NCBI GenBank assembly: GCA_035292445.1
Contig: DATDQB010000017.1
Span: forward strand, 55,051 to 119,050
Direction of reading: 5' to 3'
Length of the DNA: 64,000 nucleotides
From: Candidatus Omnitrophota bacterium
Lineage (GTDB): Bacteria > Omnitrophota > Gorgyraeia > Zapsychrales > Zapsychraceae
Shown here: in pieces, positions 19,087 through 28,860 of the stretch
How the letters are laid out: every line of letters starts with the position of its first letter
Position numbering within the stretch: position 1 is the stretch's first letter
Notes under the pieces: model-generated
Told to the model about the DNA's origin: nothing
What the model saw: the letters and a program-made list of their open reading frames with translations, nothing else
Databases searched by the model: none
Translations under genes and position numbers: made by a program

Positions 19087-19158
19087 CTTATTGGTTTCCT
19101 GTTTCCTGTTACCAGTTACCTGTAATTATCTGGTAACGGGTAACGGGTAACAGGTAAC
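19087..19158. repeat. heptad-periodic palindromic element
   Basis: cttattg gtttcct gtttcct gttacca gttacct g | taattatc | tggtaac gggtaac gggtaac aggtaac. Confidence 0.8.
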
Positions 19159-19162
19159 TTTT

Positions 19163-19906
19163 ATGCAGAATTACAAATTAACGATTGAATACGACGGCAC
19201 TGACTTTAGCGGTTGGCAGATCCAAACCCCGAGTCAGCGGACCGTACAAGGCGAGATCCAAGCCGCGCTTTACAAGATATTCAAACAAAAAATTACACCT
19301 CTTGGCTCCGGCCGCACCGATAGCGGTGTGCATGCGTTAGGGCAAGTGGCTAACTTCAAAATTAATACTTCTCTCAAAGTTAAGATCATTCAAAAAGCCC
19401 TTAATGCCCATTTGCCCAAAGACATCGCTATCTTGAAAGTACAGAAGGTGGATGAAGCGTTCCACGCCCAATACAGCGCCAAATCAAAAACATATCGCTA
19501 CACCATTTTTAATGGCCCTATTCGACCGGCTCTTTATCGCAATCATTGTTTCCACTATCCCTTTAAACTCAATGTAGCGCTCATGAAGAAAGAGGCGAAA
19601 GCCCTTGTAGGCCGGCATGATTTCAAATCTTTTCAAGCCAGTGATACATCCCGAAAAGAAAAGACCACCGTGCGTACGGTGAAAGGCATTTCTATTAAAA
19701 AAAGTAAGAATTTTATTACTATTAATATTGAAGCCGATGGTTTTCTGTACAAAATGGTCCGAAACATCGTAGGAACGCTTCTTAAACTGGGAAGCGGGCA
19801 AGCAGAAGAGGGATCTCTCAAGAAAATTCTGGCGCAAAAGAACCGTACCGCTGCCTTTGAAACCGCTCCCGCGCAAGGATTAACCCTTGTTAAAGTTATC
19901 TATTAA
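19163..19906 (+). CDS. truA: tRNA pseudouridine(38-40) synthase
   Basis: 247 aa with ..GRTDSGVHALGQV.. Confidence 0.9.
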   Translation: MQNYKLTIEYDGTDFSGWQIQTPSQRTVQGEIQAALYKIFKQKITPLGSGRTDSGVHALGQVANFKINTSLKVKIIQKALNAHLPKDIAILKVQKVDEAFHAQYSAKSKTYRYTIFNGPIRPALYRNHCFHYPFKLNVALMKKEAKALVGRHDFKSFQASDTSRKEKTTVRTVKGISIKKSKNFITINIEADGFLYKMVRNIVGTLLKLGSGQAEEGSLKKILAQKNRTAAFETAPAQGLTLVKVIY

Positions 19907-19936
19907 CTTAAGCCCTCCCTACTCAAAAATTTTTGT

Positions 19937-19964
19937 TTGACATTCATTGGTAAAATGCTATACT
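19937..19964 (+). promoter_or_regulatory. sigma70-type promoter TTGACA-N16-TATACT for rplM-rpsI
   Basis: Direct reading. Confidence 0.5.
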
Positions 19965-20011
19965 TCTAACTCAAAATAAACGCAGTCAACGAGTTAGCAC
20001 GGTTAACCAAA

Positions 20012-20446
20012 ATGAAACAAAAAACATATCTCGCTAAGGAAAAAGACGTTGTGCGGACGTGGTATCTGATCGATGCCAAGGATAAGATCCTGGGCCGCAT
20101 CGCCACCAAAGCAGCAACGCTTTTGCGCGGTAAGCATAAGCCGAGTTTTACTCCCCATGTGGACACGGGGGACATGGTTATTATCATTAACGCGGAAAAG
20201 GTGCGGGTCACGGGTAATAAGCTGAAAGATAAAATTTACTCGAGGTATACGGGATATCCATCAGGGCGAAGGCAAATGACATTAGAGCAATTCTTAAAGA
20301 AAGCACCGACAAGAGTCATTGAATTGGCCGTCAAACGCATGATCCCCACGGGGCCATTAGGTTACCGAACGAGGATGAAATTAAAGGTATACGCGGGAGA
20401 AACTCATCCGCACCAGACGCATAAACCGATTCCGATTGAAATATAA
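20012..20446 (+). CDS. rplM: 50S ribosomal protein L13
   Basis: 144 aa with ..TWYLIDA.. Confidence 0.95.
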   Translation: MKQKTYLAKEKDVVRTWYLIDAKDKILGRIATKAATLLRGKHKPSFTPHVDTGDMVIIINAEKVRVTGNKLKDKIYSRYTGYPSGRRQMTLEQFLKKAPTRVIELAVKRMIPTGPLGYRTRMKLKVYAGETHPHQTHKPIPIEI

Positions 20447-20450
20447 AAAA

Positions 20451-20519
20451 GTCACCAGTTACCCGTTACCTGTTACCAGATAAAACAGGCAACTGGTAAC
20501 CGGAAACAGGTAACTCGAG
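20451..20519. repeat. heptad-periodic palindromic element between rplM and rpsI
   Basis: gtcacca gttaccc gttacct gttacc | agataaaacaggcaa | ctggtaa ccggaaa caggtaa c. Confidence 0.8.
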
Positions 20520-20534
20520 GGAGTTTTAATAGAA

Positions 20535-20930
20535 ATGGTTGAAGTCATTAAATATGCTGCAACAGGCCGACGCAAGAACGCGATCGCCCACGTGATCATC
20601 ACGCCGGGCAGCGGAACGATCTCCGTCAACAAGCGCCCCTTTGAGAATTATTTCTCCCGTGAGACCGACCGTATCTTGATTCTTGAGCCTCTTAATTTGA
20701 CCAATACGCTTGGCAAATTCGATATCGCCGTCAAAGTGATAGGCGGCGGTTCGACCGGACAGGCCGGCGCCTTTCGTTTAGGCTTATCCCGGGCTTTGTC
20801 CTTGTGCGACATTGAACATAAGAATGTTTTAAGGAAAGTTCACCTGCTCAGACGCGATCCCAGAATGAAGGAAAGAAAGAAACCTGGACAAAAGGGAGCG
20901 CGTAAGAAATTCCAGTGGGTTAAGCGGTAA
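20535..20930 (+). CDS. rpsI: 30S ribosomal protein S9
   Basis: 131 aa with the C-terminal ..KKFQWVKR motif. Confidence 0.95.
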   Translation: MVEVIKYAATGRRKNAIAHVIITPGSGTISVNKRPFENYFSRETDRILILEPLNLTNTLGKFDIAVKVIGGGSTGQAGAFRLGLSRALSLCDIEHKNVLRKVHLLRRDPRMKERKKPGQKGARKKFQWVKR

Positions 20931-20966
20931 TCAGCAGTTAGAAATAAACAATAGTAGTAGCCAGCG

Positions 20967-21017
20967 AAACCTATCTCACGCTCCAAAAAGGGTTTGACGA
21001 GATAGGTTTTTTATTTT
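20967..21017 (+). terminator. intrinsic terminator after rpsI
   Basis: aacctatctc ... gagataggtt followed by ttttatttt. Confidence 0.55.
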
Positions 21018-21089
21018 AGTATAGAACATTGTTTCAAATGACCCTAACCTCTGTTTTTCTAAGAGGTTACGAATAAAAAGGACCTAAAA

Positions 21090-22109
21090 ATGGTTAAAAT
21101 AGGTATTGTGGGTATCAGCGGTTATTCCGGTGGTAAATTATTGGAGCGGCTGCTTAAGCACCCGCAAGTTAAGGTCACGTACATAAGCGCCAATAATACG
21201 GAAGGGCCGGTGGCACAGATCTGGCCGCATTTAAACGGCCTCTCTGAGCTGGTCTGCAAAAAATACGATCCGGTGCAGGCAGCCACCAAGGCCGATATCA
21301 TGTTCCTGGCCGTGCCGCATACCGTATCCATGACCATCACCCCCGAACTGTTAAAGCTGGGTAAAAAGGTCATTGATCTAAGCGGCGATTACCGCCTGCC
21401 TTCGGGGGAAGATTATAAAACGTGGTACAAGACAGACCATCAGGATAAAGCCAATTTGAAAAAAGCTGTCTACGGCCTGCCTGAGCTGTACCGGGAAGAT
21501 ATCAAAAAAGCCCAGCTGGTTTCTAATCCCGGCTGCTACCCGACGGCTGCACTCCTGGGGTTGCTGCCCATAATAACGGCGCAGACCAAAGACATCGAAT
21601 CGATCGCTATCGATGCCAAATCAGGCGTAAGCGGCGCCGGGCGCAAAGCAACGCTCGCATTAAGTTTCGGCGAAGTAAATGAAAATTTCAAAGCGTACAA
21701 GGTCTTGAACCATCAGCACACCCCGGAGATCGACCTTCATTTATCGAAGGTCGCGCAAAAACCCATTGAAGTCGATTTCGTGCCGCATTTGTTGCCGGTC
21801 CAAGATGGTATCTTAGAAACAATTTACGTACGCTTATCCGGCAAGGTAACGCTGGAAAAAATCCATCAGCTCTACCAACGTTTCTATAAAACAGAGAACT
21901 TTGTCCGCGTATTGGATGCGGGGCAGCAGGTCGAGCTTAACTATGTGGTGGGGACAAACTTTTGCGATATCAGCCTCGCCGTCAGCCGAAGCGGGAAACT
22001 TTTGGTCGTGACCTGCGCGATCGATAATCTTTTGAAAGGCGCCTCGGGCCAGGCGATCCAGAACATGAACATCATGTGCGGCTTCAAAGAAACGGAAGGA
22101 CTGCTGTGA
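21090..22109 (+). CDS. argC: N-acetyl-gamma-glutamyl-phosphate reductase
   Basis: 339 aa with ..SNPGCYPT.. Confidence 0.9.
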   Translation: MVKIGIVGISGYSGGKLLERLLKHPQVKVTYISANNTEGPVAQIWPHLNGLSELVCKKYDPVQAATKADIMFLAVPHTVSMTITPELLKLGKKVIDLSGDYRLPSGEDYKTWYKTDHQDKANLKKAVYGLPELYREDIKKAQLVSNPGCYPTAALLGLLPIITAQTKDIESIAIDAKSGVSGAGRKATLALSFGEVNENFKAYKVLNHQHTPEIDLHLSKVAQKPIEVDFVPHLLPVQDGILETIYVRLSGKVTLEKIHQLYQRFYKTENFVRVLDAGQQVELNYVVGTNFCDISLAVSRSGKLLVVTCAIDNLLKGASGQAIQNMNIMCGFKETEGLL

Positions 22110-23248
22110 AGATCGTAAAGGGTAGCGTCACCAAACCTTTGGGATTCAAGGCCAACGGCCTTTATTGCGGGATCAAACGTTCCGGCAAACCGGATCTGGC
22201 GTTGATCGCAAGCGACAACTTGGCTCAAGCCGCCTGTGTGTTCACGAAGAATTCGATCAAGGCAGCACCGCTGATCGTTTGCCAACAACACATTCGCAAT
22301 AATAAAGCGCAAGCCATTATTGCCAACAGCGGCAACGCCAACTGCTTCACCGGGCGTTTCGGGAAAATTTACGCGCAACGCACGACCGAGATCATAGGAA
22401 AACTGCTTAAGATACGAAGCAGCGATTGCCTGGTCGCTTCAACGGGAATCATCGGCAAGACGCTTCCGTTCAAAAGAATCGAGGCTTCGGCGGAAAAATT
22501 GGTCAAAGGATTAAGCCGCAACGGCGCTTCGAAAGCGGCAAAGGCGATCCTGACAACCGACCTGACCCTCAAAGAGATCGCCGTTGAGCTGACCATCGCG
22601 GGGAAAAAAGTGACCATCGCCGGCATGGCCAAAGGAAGCGGCATGATCGCCCCTAACATGGCGACCATGCTGGCGTTCATCACAACGGACGCGGCGATTT
22701 CAGGGAACATGCTCAAAAAAGCGCTCAAATTCGCTAATGATAAATCCTTTAACCGCATCACGGTCGATGGCTGCATGAGCACCAATGATATGGTCGCTGT
22801 TCTGGCAAATGGCAAGGCAAAAAATAATACCGTGAACAAAAACGGAAAAGATTTCAATAAATTTTGTGAGGCATTGACGTTCGTTTGCCTTGACCTAGCC
22901 AAAAAGATCGTCCTGGATGGAGAAGGCGCGACAAAGTTTATCGAGGTTCAAGTGAAGGGAGCGCAAAGCGAAAAACAGGCCCATCAGGCCGGCTTGGCGG
23001 TCGCCAATTCGAATTTAGTTAAAACGGCCGCCTACGGCAGCAACCCCAACTGGGGGCGCGTGGCCGCGGCCATAGGTTCCTTGGGCATCGCCCAGGTAAC
23101 GGAGGAAAATTTAAAGATCAACTTCAGCCCGTTCGACAAAAAACATATAAAGATCATCGTTGATCTCAACATCGGCAAACATAGCGCGAGCGTATTCACA
23201 TCGGATCTGTCCTATGAATACGTGAAGATCAACGTGGCGTACACTTAA
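22106..23248 (+). CDS. argJ: bifunctional ornithine acetyltransferase / N-acetylglutamate synthase
   Basis: ..ATMLAFITTDA.. autoprocessing site. The GTG start overlaps the argC stop (GTGA); the track ORF began at 22076. Confidence 0.85.
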   Translation: MKIVKGSVTKPLGFKANGLYCGIKRSGKPDLALIASDNLAQAACVFTKNSIKAAPLIVCQQHIRNNKAQAIIANSGNANCFTGRFGKIYAQRTTEIIGKLLKIRSSDCLVASTGIIGKTLPFKRIEASAEKLVKGLSRNGASKAAKAILTTDLTLKEIAVELTIAGKKVTIAGMAKGSGMIAPNMATMLAFITTDAAISGNMLKKALKFANDKSFNRITVDGCMSTNDMVAVLANGKAKNNTVNKNGKDFNKFCEALTFVCLDLAKKIVLDGEGATKFIEVQVKGAQSEKQAHQAGLAVANSNLVKTAAYGSNPNWGRVAAAIGSLGIAQVTEENLKINFSPFDKKHIKIIVDLNIGKHSASVFTSDLSYEYVKINVAYT

Positions 23249-23249
23249 T

Positions 23250-24101
23250 ATGGAAGAAGTCATTAAAAAAGCTAACATCCTGATCGAGGCGATCCCTTAC
23301 ATCCATGCGTTCCGCCGGAAACTGTTCGTGATCAAATTCGGTGGCAGCATCCTGGATAATGACGCGATCCGCCAGAATGTCCTGGAAGACATTGTTTTCT
23401 TAAGCTATGTCGGCATCCGCACGATCCTGGTCCACGGCGGCGGCCCGCACATCACGGCGCGCATGAAAGAAGCCGGTTTGAAAAGCGAATTTCACGAAGG
23501 TATCCGGGTAACGGATAAAAAGACGTTGGAGATCGTGACGGAGGAGCTGACCAAGCTCAATGAAAAGATCGTCAAGGAGACCAAAGATCTTAAAGGCGAT
23601 GTCACCGGGCTCAAGGGGCACGAGAACATCATCCACGTGCAGAAACGAAAGGCCTCGCGCGATCTGGGCTTTGTCGGGACGATCACCAACATCGATAAAA
23701 AAGCCTTGTCGGCCCACTTAAAGAAGGGGCACATCACCGTCATTTCCCCCATGGGATTATCGGTAGAGAAGATCCCCCATAATATCAACGCGGATGAAGT
23801 CGCCGCGGCGATCGCGAATTCCCTGGAGGCCGAAAAACTGGTCCTGTTAACGAACGTGCAAGGGGTCATGCGAAATCCGCAAGACGCCGAATCGCTGATA
23901 TCAACGCTTAAGGTGAACGAAATTGACAATTTAATTAAGAGTAATGTGATCCAAGGCGGCATGATACCGAAAGTGCAATCCTGCATCGAGGCGATCAACG
24001 CGGGCGTTAAAAAGACCCACATTGTCGATGCGCGGATCCAGCACGCGCTCTTGCTGGAGTTCTTTACCGACAAAGGTATCGGCACGCAAATTATACCCTG
24101 A
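23250..24101 (+). CDS. argB: acetylglutamate kinase
   Basis: 283 aa AAK family (..VIKFGGS.., ..VHGGGP..). Confidence 0.9.
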   Translation: MEEVIKKANILIEAIPYIHAFRRKLFVIKFGGSILDNDAIRQNVLEDIVFLSYVGIRTILVHGGGPHITARMKEAGLKSEFHEGIRVTDKKTLEIVTEELTKLNEKIVKETKDLKGDVTGLKGHENIIHVQKRKASRDLGFVGTITNIDKKALSAHLKKGHITVISPMGLSVEKIPHNINADEVAAAIANSLEAEKLVLLTNVQGVMRNPQDAESLISTLKVNEIDNLIKSNVIQGGMIPKVQSCIEAINAGVKKTHIVDARIQHALLLEFFTDKGIGTQIIP

Positions 24102-25282
24102 TGAAAAAATCTGACATATTAACAACCTATAAAGAATATATCCTAAATACCTACTCACGAACGGAAGGCATTTTCGTGAAAGGCAAGGGGATGACGCTCA
24201 TTGATATTGACGGAAAAAAATATCTGGATTTTTTTCCGGGCTGGGGCGTCAATAATCTCGGGCACTGCCATCCGAAGGTGATGGCCGCGGTGCGGGACCA
24301 AATTTCGAAGCTGATCCATATCCCGAACAATTTTTATCACCCGAACCAGGCCAAATTGGCCAAAGAAATTATCCGCAACACATTTCCCGGGAAAGTGTTC
24401 TTTTGCAACAGCGGCGCCGAGGGCTGCGAGGCCGCCATCAAATTCGCCCGGGCTCATGGCAAAAAAAATAATCCTGAAATTATTACAATGCAAAATTCTT
24501 TTCACGGACGAACGTTAGGAGCGTTGGCTGCTACGGGACAACAAAAGTATCGAAAGGGATTTGACCCGTTACCGGGCTTCAAAATTATTCCTTTTAACGA
24601 TATCAAAGCCGTCAAGGAGGCGGTTACGGATGAAACGATTGCGATCATGCTGGAGCTCATCCAAGGTGAAGGCGGTATCAATATCGCGAGCCAAGAATAT
24701 GTCCAAGAACTTCGTGCGCTATGCGATGAAAAAAAGCTGTTATTGATTTTCGATGAAGTGCAAACAGGCATGGGACGCACCGGAGAGATCTTTGCCTTTA
24801 AACATTACGGGGTGACACCGGATCTGATGGTTCTGGCTAAAGCCTTGGGCGGCGGACTTCCCATCGGCGCATTAGTTGTAAAAAAGGACATCTCCTATAT
24901 TTTTACGCCTGGCATGCATGCCTCGACATTTGGAGGAAGCCCGCTGATTACAAAAGCATCGCTGGCTGCATTCAAGGCTATTCATGCGGAAAAAATGCTC
25001 CCCAATGCCAAGGCCATGGGAAAATATTTAATGACCGGGCTTACTCGATTGAAAGAAAAATTTTCGTGCATCAAAGACATTCGCGGCGTGGGGCTGATGG
25101 TCGGGGTTGAACTAACTTTTGAGGGCAAAAAAGTGTTTGAAAAGTGTTTCGAGAACGGGCTCATCATCAATTGCACCCAGGAAAAGGTATTGCGCCTGAT
25201 GCCGGCTTTAAACGTCACCAAAAAGCAGGTGGACCGCGCGCTTTATATTTTGGAAAAATCTCTTAAAACGGTTACGGGGTAA
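24101..25282 (+). CDS. argD: acetylornithine aminotransferase
   Basis: 393 aa class-III aminotransferase. Confidence 0.85.
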   Translation: MKKSDILTTYKEYILNTYSRTEGIFVKGKGMTLIDIDGKKYLDFFPGWGVNNLGHCHPKVMAAVRDQISKLIHIPNNFYHPNQAKLAKEIIRNTFPGKVFFCNSGAEGCEAAIKFARAHGKKNNPEIITMQNSFHGRTLGALAATGQQKYRKGFDPLPGFKIIPFNDIKAVKEAVTDETIAIMLELIQGEGGINIASQEYVQELRALCDEKKLLLIFDEVQTGMGRTGEIFAFKHYGVTPDLMVLAKALGGGLPIGALVVKKDISYIFTPGMHASTFGGSPLITKASLAAFKAIHAEKMLPNAKAMGKYLMTGLTRLKEKFSCIKDIRGVGLMVGVELTFEGKKVFEKCFENGLIINCTQEKVLRLMPALNVTKKQVDRALYILEKSLKTVTG

Positions 25283-25284
25283 AC

Positions 25285-26199
25285 ATGGCTCGACATTTAT
25301 TGAATTTAGAGGACCTGGCATCCGAGGAGATCCTTCGGATCATGGACATGACCGAGAAGGCCAAGAAGAACAAGACGTGGCACCACGACCTTCTCAAGGG
25401 CCGCACGATCGGGCTGGTCTTTCAAAAGCCGTCCAACCGCACCCGCGTTTCTTTCGAGGTGGGCATCACCCAGCTGGGCGGACATTGCCTTTATTTGGGG
25501 CCGGATGAGATCAATCTAGGCGTGCGTGAATCGACTTCCGATGTGGCCAAAACCCTGTCACGCTTTTTGGACGGGATCGTGGCCCGCACCTTTTCCCATG
25601 AGGATATCATTGAGTTGGCCAAGCAGGCCGACGTTCCGATCATCAACGGCTTATCTGATCTGTACCATCCCTGTCAGGCCTTGACGGATATTTTCTCGAT
25701 CAAAGAAAAGTTCGGGACGTTTAAAGATATCACGCTCGCTTATATCGGCGATGGCAACAATGTCTGCCATTCACTGCTTTTGGCCTGCAGCAAAGTCGGG
25801 ATAAACATGAATATAGCGACCCCTCAAGGGTATGAACCGAATTTTACGATCGTCAATATGGCCAGAAAGCATTGCGAAGTTTCTAAAGCGCATATCTCCA
25901 TCAGCAATTCACCCCAAGAGGCGGCGCGGCAAGCGAATGTGCTGTATGCCGACACGTGGGTCAGTATGGGGCAGGAGGCCGAAGCAGCTAAGAAGCTTCT
26001 GGACTTTGACCAATTCCAGATCAACAAAGAATTGGTGAAATTGGCCAATAAAAATTACATTTTTATGCACTGCCTGCCGGCGCACCGCGGCCAGGAAGTG
26101 ACCGAAGATATTATCGATGGGCCGCATTCAATCATTTTTGACCAGGCGGAAAACCGTTTGCACACGCAAAAAGCGATCTTGATTTTCTTATATTCATAA
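25285..26199 (+). CDS. argF: ornithine carbamoyltransferase
   Basis: ..STRTR.. and HCLP motifs. Confidence 0.9.
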   Translation: MARHLLNLEDLASEEILRIMDMTEKAKKNKTWHHDLLKGRTIGLVFQKPSNRTRVSFEVGITQLGGHCLYLGPDEINLGVRESTSDVAKTLSRFLDGIVARTFSHEDIIELAKQADVPIINGLSDLYHPCQALTDIFSIKEKFGTFKDITLAYIGDGNNVCHSLLLACSKVGINMNIATPQGYEPNFTIVNMARKHCEVSKAHISISNSPQEAARQANVLYADTWVSMGQEAEAAKKLLDFDQFQINKELVKLANKNYIFMHCLPAHRGQEVTEDIIDGPHSIIFDQAENRLHTQKAILIFLYS

Positions 26200-26203
26200 A
26201 GGA

Positions 26204-27376
26204 GTGAAGATGAAAAAAGTTGTCTTAGCATATTCGGGCGGGTTGGACACCTCCTGTGCGATCAAATGGCTTCAAGAACGCGGCTATGAAACGATCGCCT
26301 TTATCGCCGATGTCGGACAAAAGGAAAATTTTGCCGAGATCAAAAAACGCGCGTTGAACACAGGCGCGAAAAAAGTCCATGTCGTTGACCTGAAAAAAGA
26401 ATTCGTTCAAGATTACGTTTTCCCGGCCATTAAAGCCAGCGCCGTCTATGAAAAGAAATATTTCCTGGCAACGGCCCTTTCGCGGCCGTTGATCGCCAAG
26501 CACCAAGTATATATCGCGCAAAAAGAAAAAGCGCAGGCGATCGCCCACGGCTGCACGGGAAAAGGCAATGACCAGGTGCGTTTTGAAGTGACGGCACGCT
26601 TGCTGGATCCGACATTGGAAATTATCGCACCGGTGCGCATATGGGAATTTAAAACGCGCGATGAAGAGATCGATTACGCCAAAGCCAAGAACATCAAGAT
26701 CGATGTCACCAAGAAAAGCCCTTACAGCGTTGATCTGAACCTCTACGGGCGCAGCATCGAATGCGGCGTGCTGGAAGACCCCTGGCGCGAGCCGCCGGAA
26801 GAAATTTATTTCCTGACGCAAAATCCGCTTAAAGCGCCGAACAAACCGACGTACATTACGGTGGATTTTGCCAAAGGTGTACCGGTCAAGATCAACGGCA
26901 AAAGCTATGCACCGGTTGAACTGATCCACCAGTTGAACGCGATCGGCGGGAAGAACAGTGTTGGCCGTGTCGATATGGTGGAAAACCGGTTAGTTGGCAT
27001 CAAATCCCGGGAGATCTATGAAAACCCAGGGGCCACCATCATCCATACCGCCAAGCACGAATTGGAGACTCTGGTTCTGGATCGGGAGACCATGCATTAT
27101 AAAGAATCCATCTCGCAAAAATATGGCGAGATGATCTATTACGGATTGTGGGAAACACCGCTTAAGAAACAACTGGATGCATATTTCAATTCCATCTCGC
27201 AGCGCGTGAGTGGAACTGTGCGGTTAAAATTGTATAAAGGTAATTGCACGGTGGTGGGACGAAAATCCAAGCACTCCCGTTATCAGGAAAAGCTCGCCAC
27301 TTACGGAAAAAAAGATGTTTTTGATCAAAAATTAGCGGATGGATTCATTAAACTGTGGGGCATGCCATATTCGTAA
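26204..27376 (+). CDS. argG: argininosuccinate synthase
   Basis: ..AYSGGLDTS.. PP-loop. Confidence 0.9.
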   Translation: MKMKKVVLAYSGGLDTSCAIKWLQERGYETIAFIADVGQKENFAEIKKRALNTGAKKVHVVDLKKEFVQDYVFPAIKASAVYEKKYFLATALSRPLIAKHQVYIAQKEKAQAIAHGCTGKGNDQVRFEVTARLLDPTLEIIAPVRIWEFKTRDEEIDYAKAKNIKIDVTKKSPYSVDLNLYGRSIECGVLEDPWREPPEEIYFLTQNPLKAPNKPTYITVDFAKGVPVKINGKSYAPVELIHQLNAIGGKNSVGRVDMVENRLVGIKSREIYENPGATIIHTAKHELETLVLDRETMHYKESISQKYGEMIYYGLWETPLKKQLDAYFNSISQRVSGTVRLKLYKGNCTVVGRKSKHSRYQEKLATYGKKDVFDQKLADGFIKLWGMPYS

Positions 27377-27464
27377 ATAGTTAATAGTAAATAGTGGATA
27401 GTGGATTTTAATGCCCCCGGACATTTTAATTTGTCCTATTAACTATGAACCATTTACTATTCAC
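27377..27464. repeat. heptad-periodic palindromic element between argG and argH
   Basis: atagtta atagtaa atagtgg atagtgg | 27-nt spacer | tcctatt aactatg aaccatt tactatt cac. Confidence 0.75.
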
Positions 27465-27483
27465 AAAACACTGAGGTTTTATC

Positions 27484-28860
27484 ATGACTAAACTATGGGG
27501 AAGCCGGTTCGAGAAAAAAAGCGATCCACTGGCGGATCAATTCAGCTTTAGTATTTCTTACGATTATCGCCTAGCCAAATACGACTGCCTAGTGGGGATC
27601 GCCCACGCGAAAATGCTGGCACAACATAAGATCATCCCGGCCAAAGATGCCCAGGACATCGTCAGCGGCCTTAAAAAGATCCTCAAGCAGATCGAAGAGG
27701 GAGTCTTTGTCATTGACCAGAGCGCCGAAGATATCCATACCCAGATCCAAGCTGTTTTAAAAGAAGAAGTGGGGGATGCGGCAGATAAACTGCACACGGC
27801 GCGTTCACGAAATGACCTGGTCGTTACGGACATGAAATTATATTGCTTGGAAAGCTATGAGGAACTCTGCGGCTTGCTGACAAAATTGCAAAAGACGCTT
27901 ATCGCTGCCGCAAAAAACCATACGGATACCGTTATCCCGGCGTACACGCATCTTCAGGCGGCGCAGGTCGTGTCGTTGGCCCATCATCTGTTGGCGTACG
28001 TGGAAATGCTGGATCGCGATAAATCTCGCCTTAAAGACGCGATCGATCGCGCCCATACCATGCCGTTGGGAAGCGCGGCGCTTTCTGGAACGTCCTTGCC
28101 CATCACGCGCAACGAAGTGGCCAAGGAACTGGGGTTCAAAGACATTGCCGCCAACTCTATCGATGCCGTCAGTGACCGCGACTTTATCATGGAAGGGCTC
28201 TCGGCCCTGGCGATCATGGCTGTCCATTTCTCGCGCATTGCCGAGGATCTGATCATCTGGTCGACCAACGAGTTTAAATTCATTGATATCGACTGGAGCT
28301 TATGCACCGGAAGCAGCATCATGCCCCATAAAAAGAATCCGGACATTCTGGAATTGATCCGGGGGGAAGCGGCAACGATCATCAGCAATCTTAATCAGCT
28401 GCTGGTTCTGGTCAAAGGGCTTCCTTTAACCTATAATCGAGACCTCCAGTTGGATAAGCCGCCTTTATTTGAATCGGTAGAAAAGATCGGCGTCATGTTG
28501 AAGCTGCTGGATAAAACATTTGCGACCCTTAAGATCAACCAGGCTGTCTTGGAAAAACGAACGCAGGATGAGTCTTTTTTTACGGTCGATATCATGGAAT
28601 ATCTGATCAAAAAAGGCGTTTCGTATCGAGAAGCTCATGATATCGTTGGAAAAATGGTGAAGGAATGCTTGGATCGTGGCGTTAAGATCTCTTCCTTGAG
28701 CAAAAATGAGTTGCAAAAGTACTCGGATCAATTCGAACTCGATGTGAAGAAGCTTTTAAACCCGAAAACGTCCGTTAAGATCAAAAAATCGTTTGGCTCG
28801 ACCAGCCCGTCATCGGTTGCGTACCAATTAAGAAAATGGGACAAAGAACTCCATGCATGA
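27484..28860 (+). CDS. argH: argininosuccinate lyase
   Basis: 458 aa fumarate-lyase family (..GSSIMPHKKNPD..). Confidence 0.9.
   Translation: MTKLWGSRFEKKSDPLADQFSFSISYDYRLAKYDCLVGIAHAKMLAQHKIIPAKDAQDIVSGLKKILKQIEEGVFVIDQSAEDIHTQIQAVLKEEVGDAADKLHTARSRNDLVVTDMKLYCLESYEELCGLLTKLQKTLIAAAKNHTDTVIPAYTHLQAAQVVSLAHHLLAYVEMLDRDKSRLKDAIDRAHTMPLGSAALSGTSLPITRNEVAKELGFKDIAANSIDAVSDRDFIMEGLSALAIMAVHFSRIAEDLIIWSTNEFKFIDIDWSLCTGSSIMPHKKNPDILELIRGEAATIISNLNQLLVLVKGLPLTYNRDLQLDKPPLFESVEKIGVMLKLLDKTFATLKINQAVLEKRTQDESFFTVDIMEYLIKKGVSYREAHDIVGKMVKECLDRGVKISSLSKNELQKYSDQFELDVKKLLNPKTSVKIKKSFGSTSPSSVAYQLRKWDKELHA

Noticed and set aside
21011-21089. Possible ARG box (ArgR operator) in the argC leader (gaacattgtttcaa)
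   Set aside because: Only a weak half-site resemblance to TNTGAAT-N4-ATTCANA, and no second box.
3675-27464. Heptad tandem repeats considered as possible CRISPR arrays or a mobile-element family
   Set aside because: The units are 7 nt with no spacers of unique sequence and the arms are mutually complementary, so these are hairpins and not repeat-spacer arrays. The sequences differ between copies and there are no terminal inverted repeats or transposase genes.
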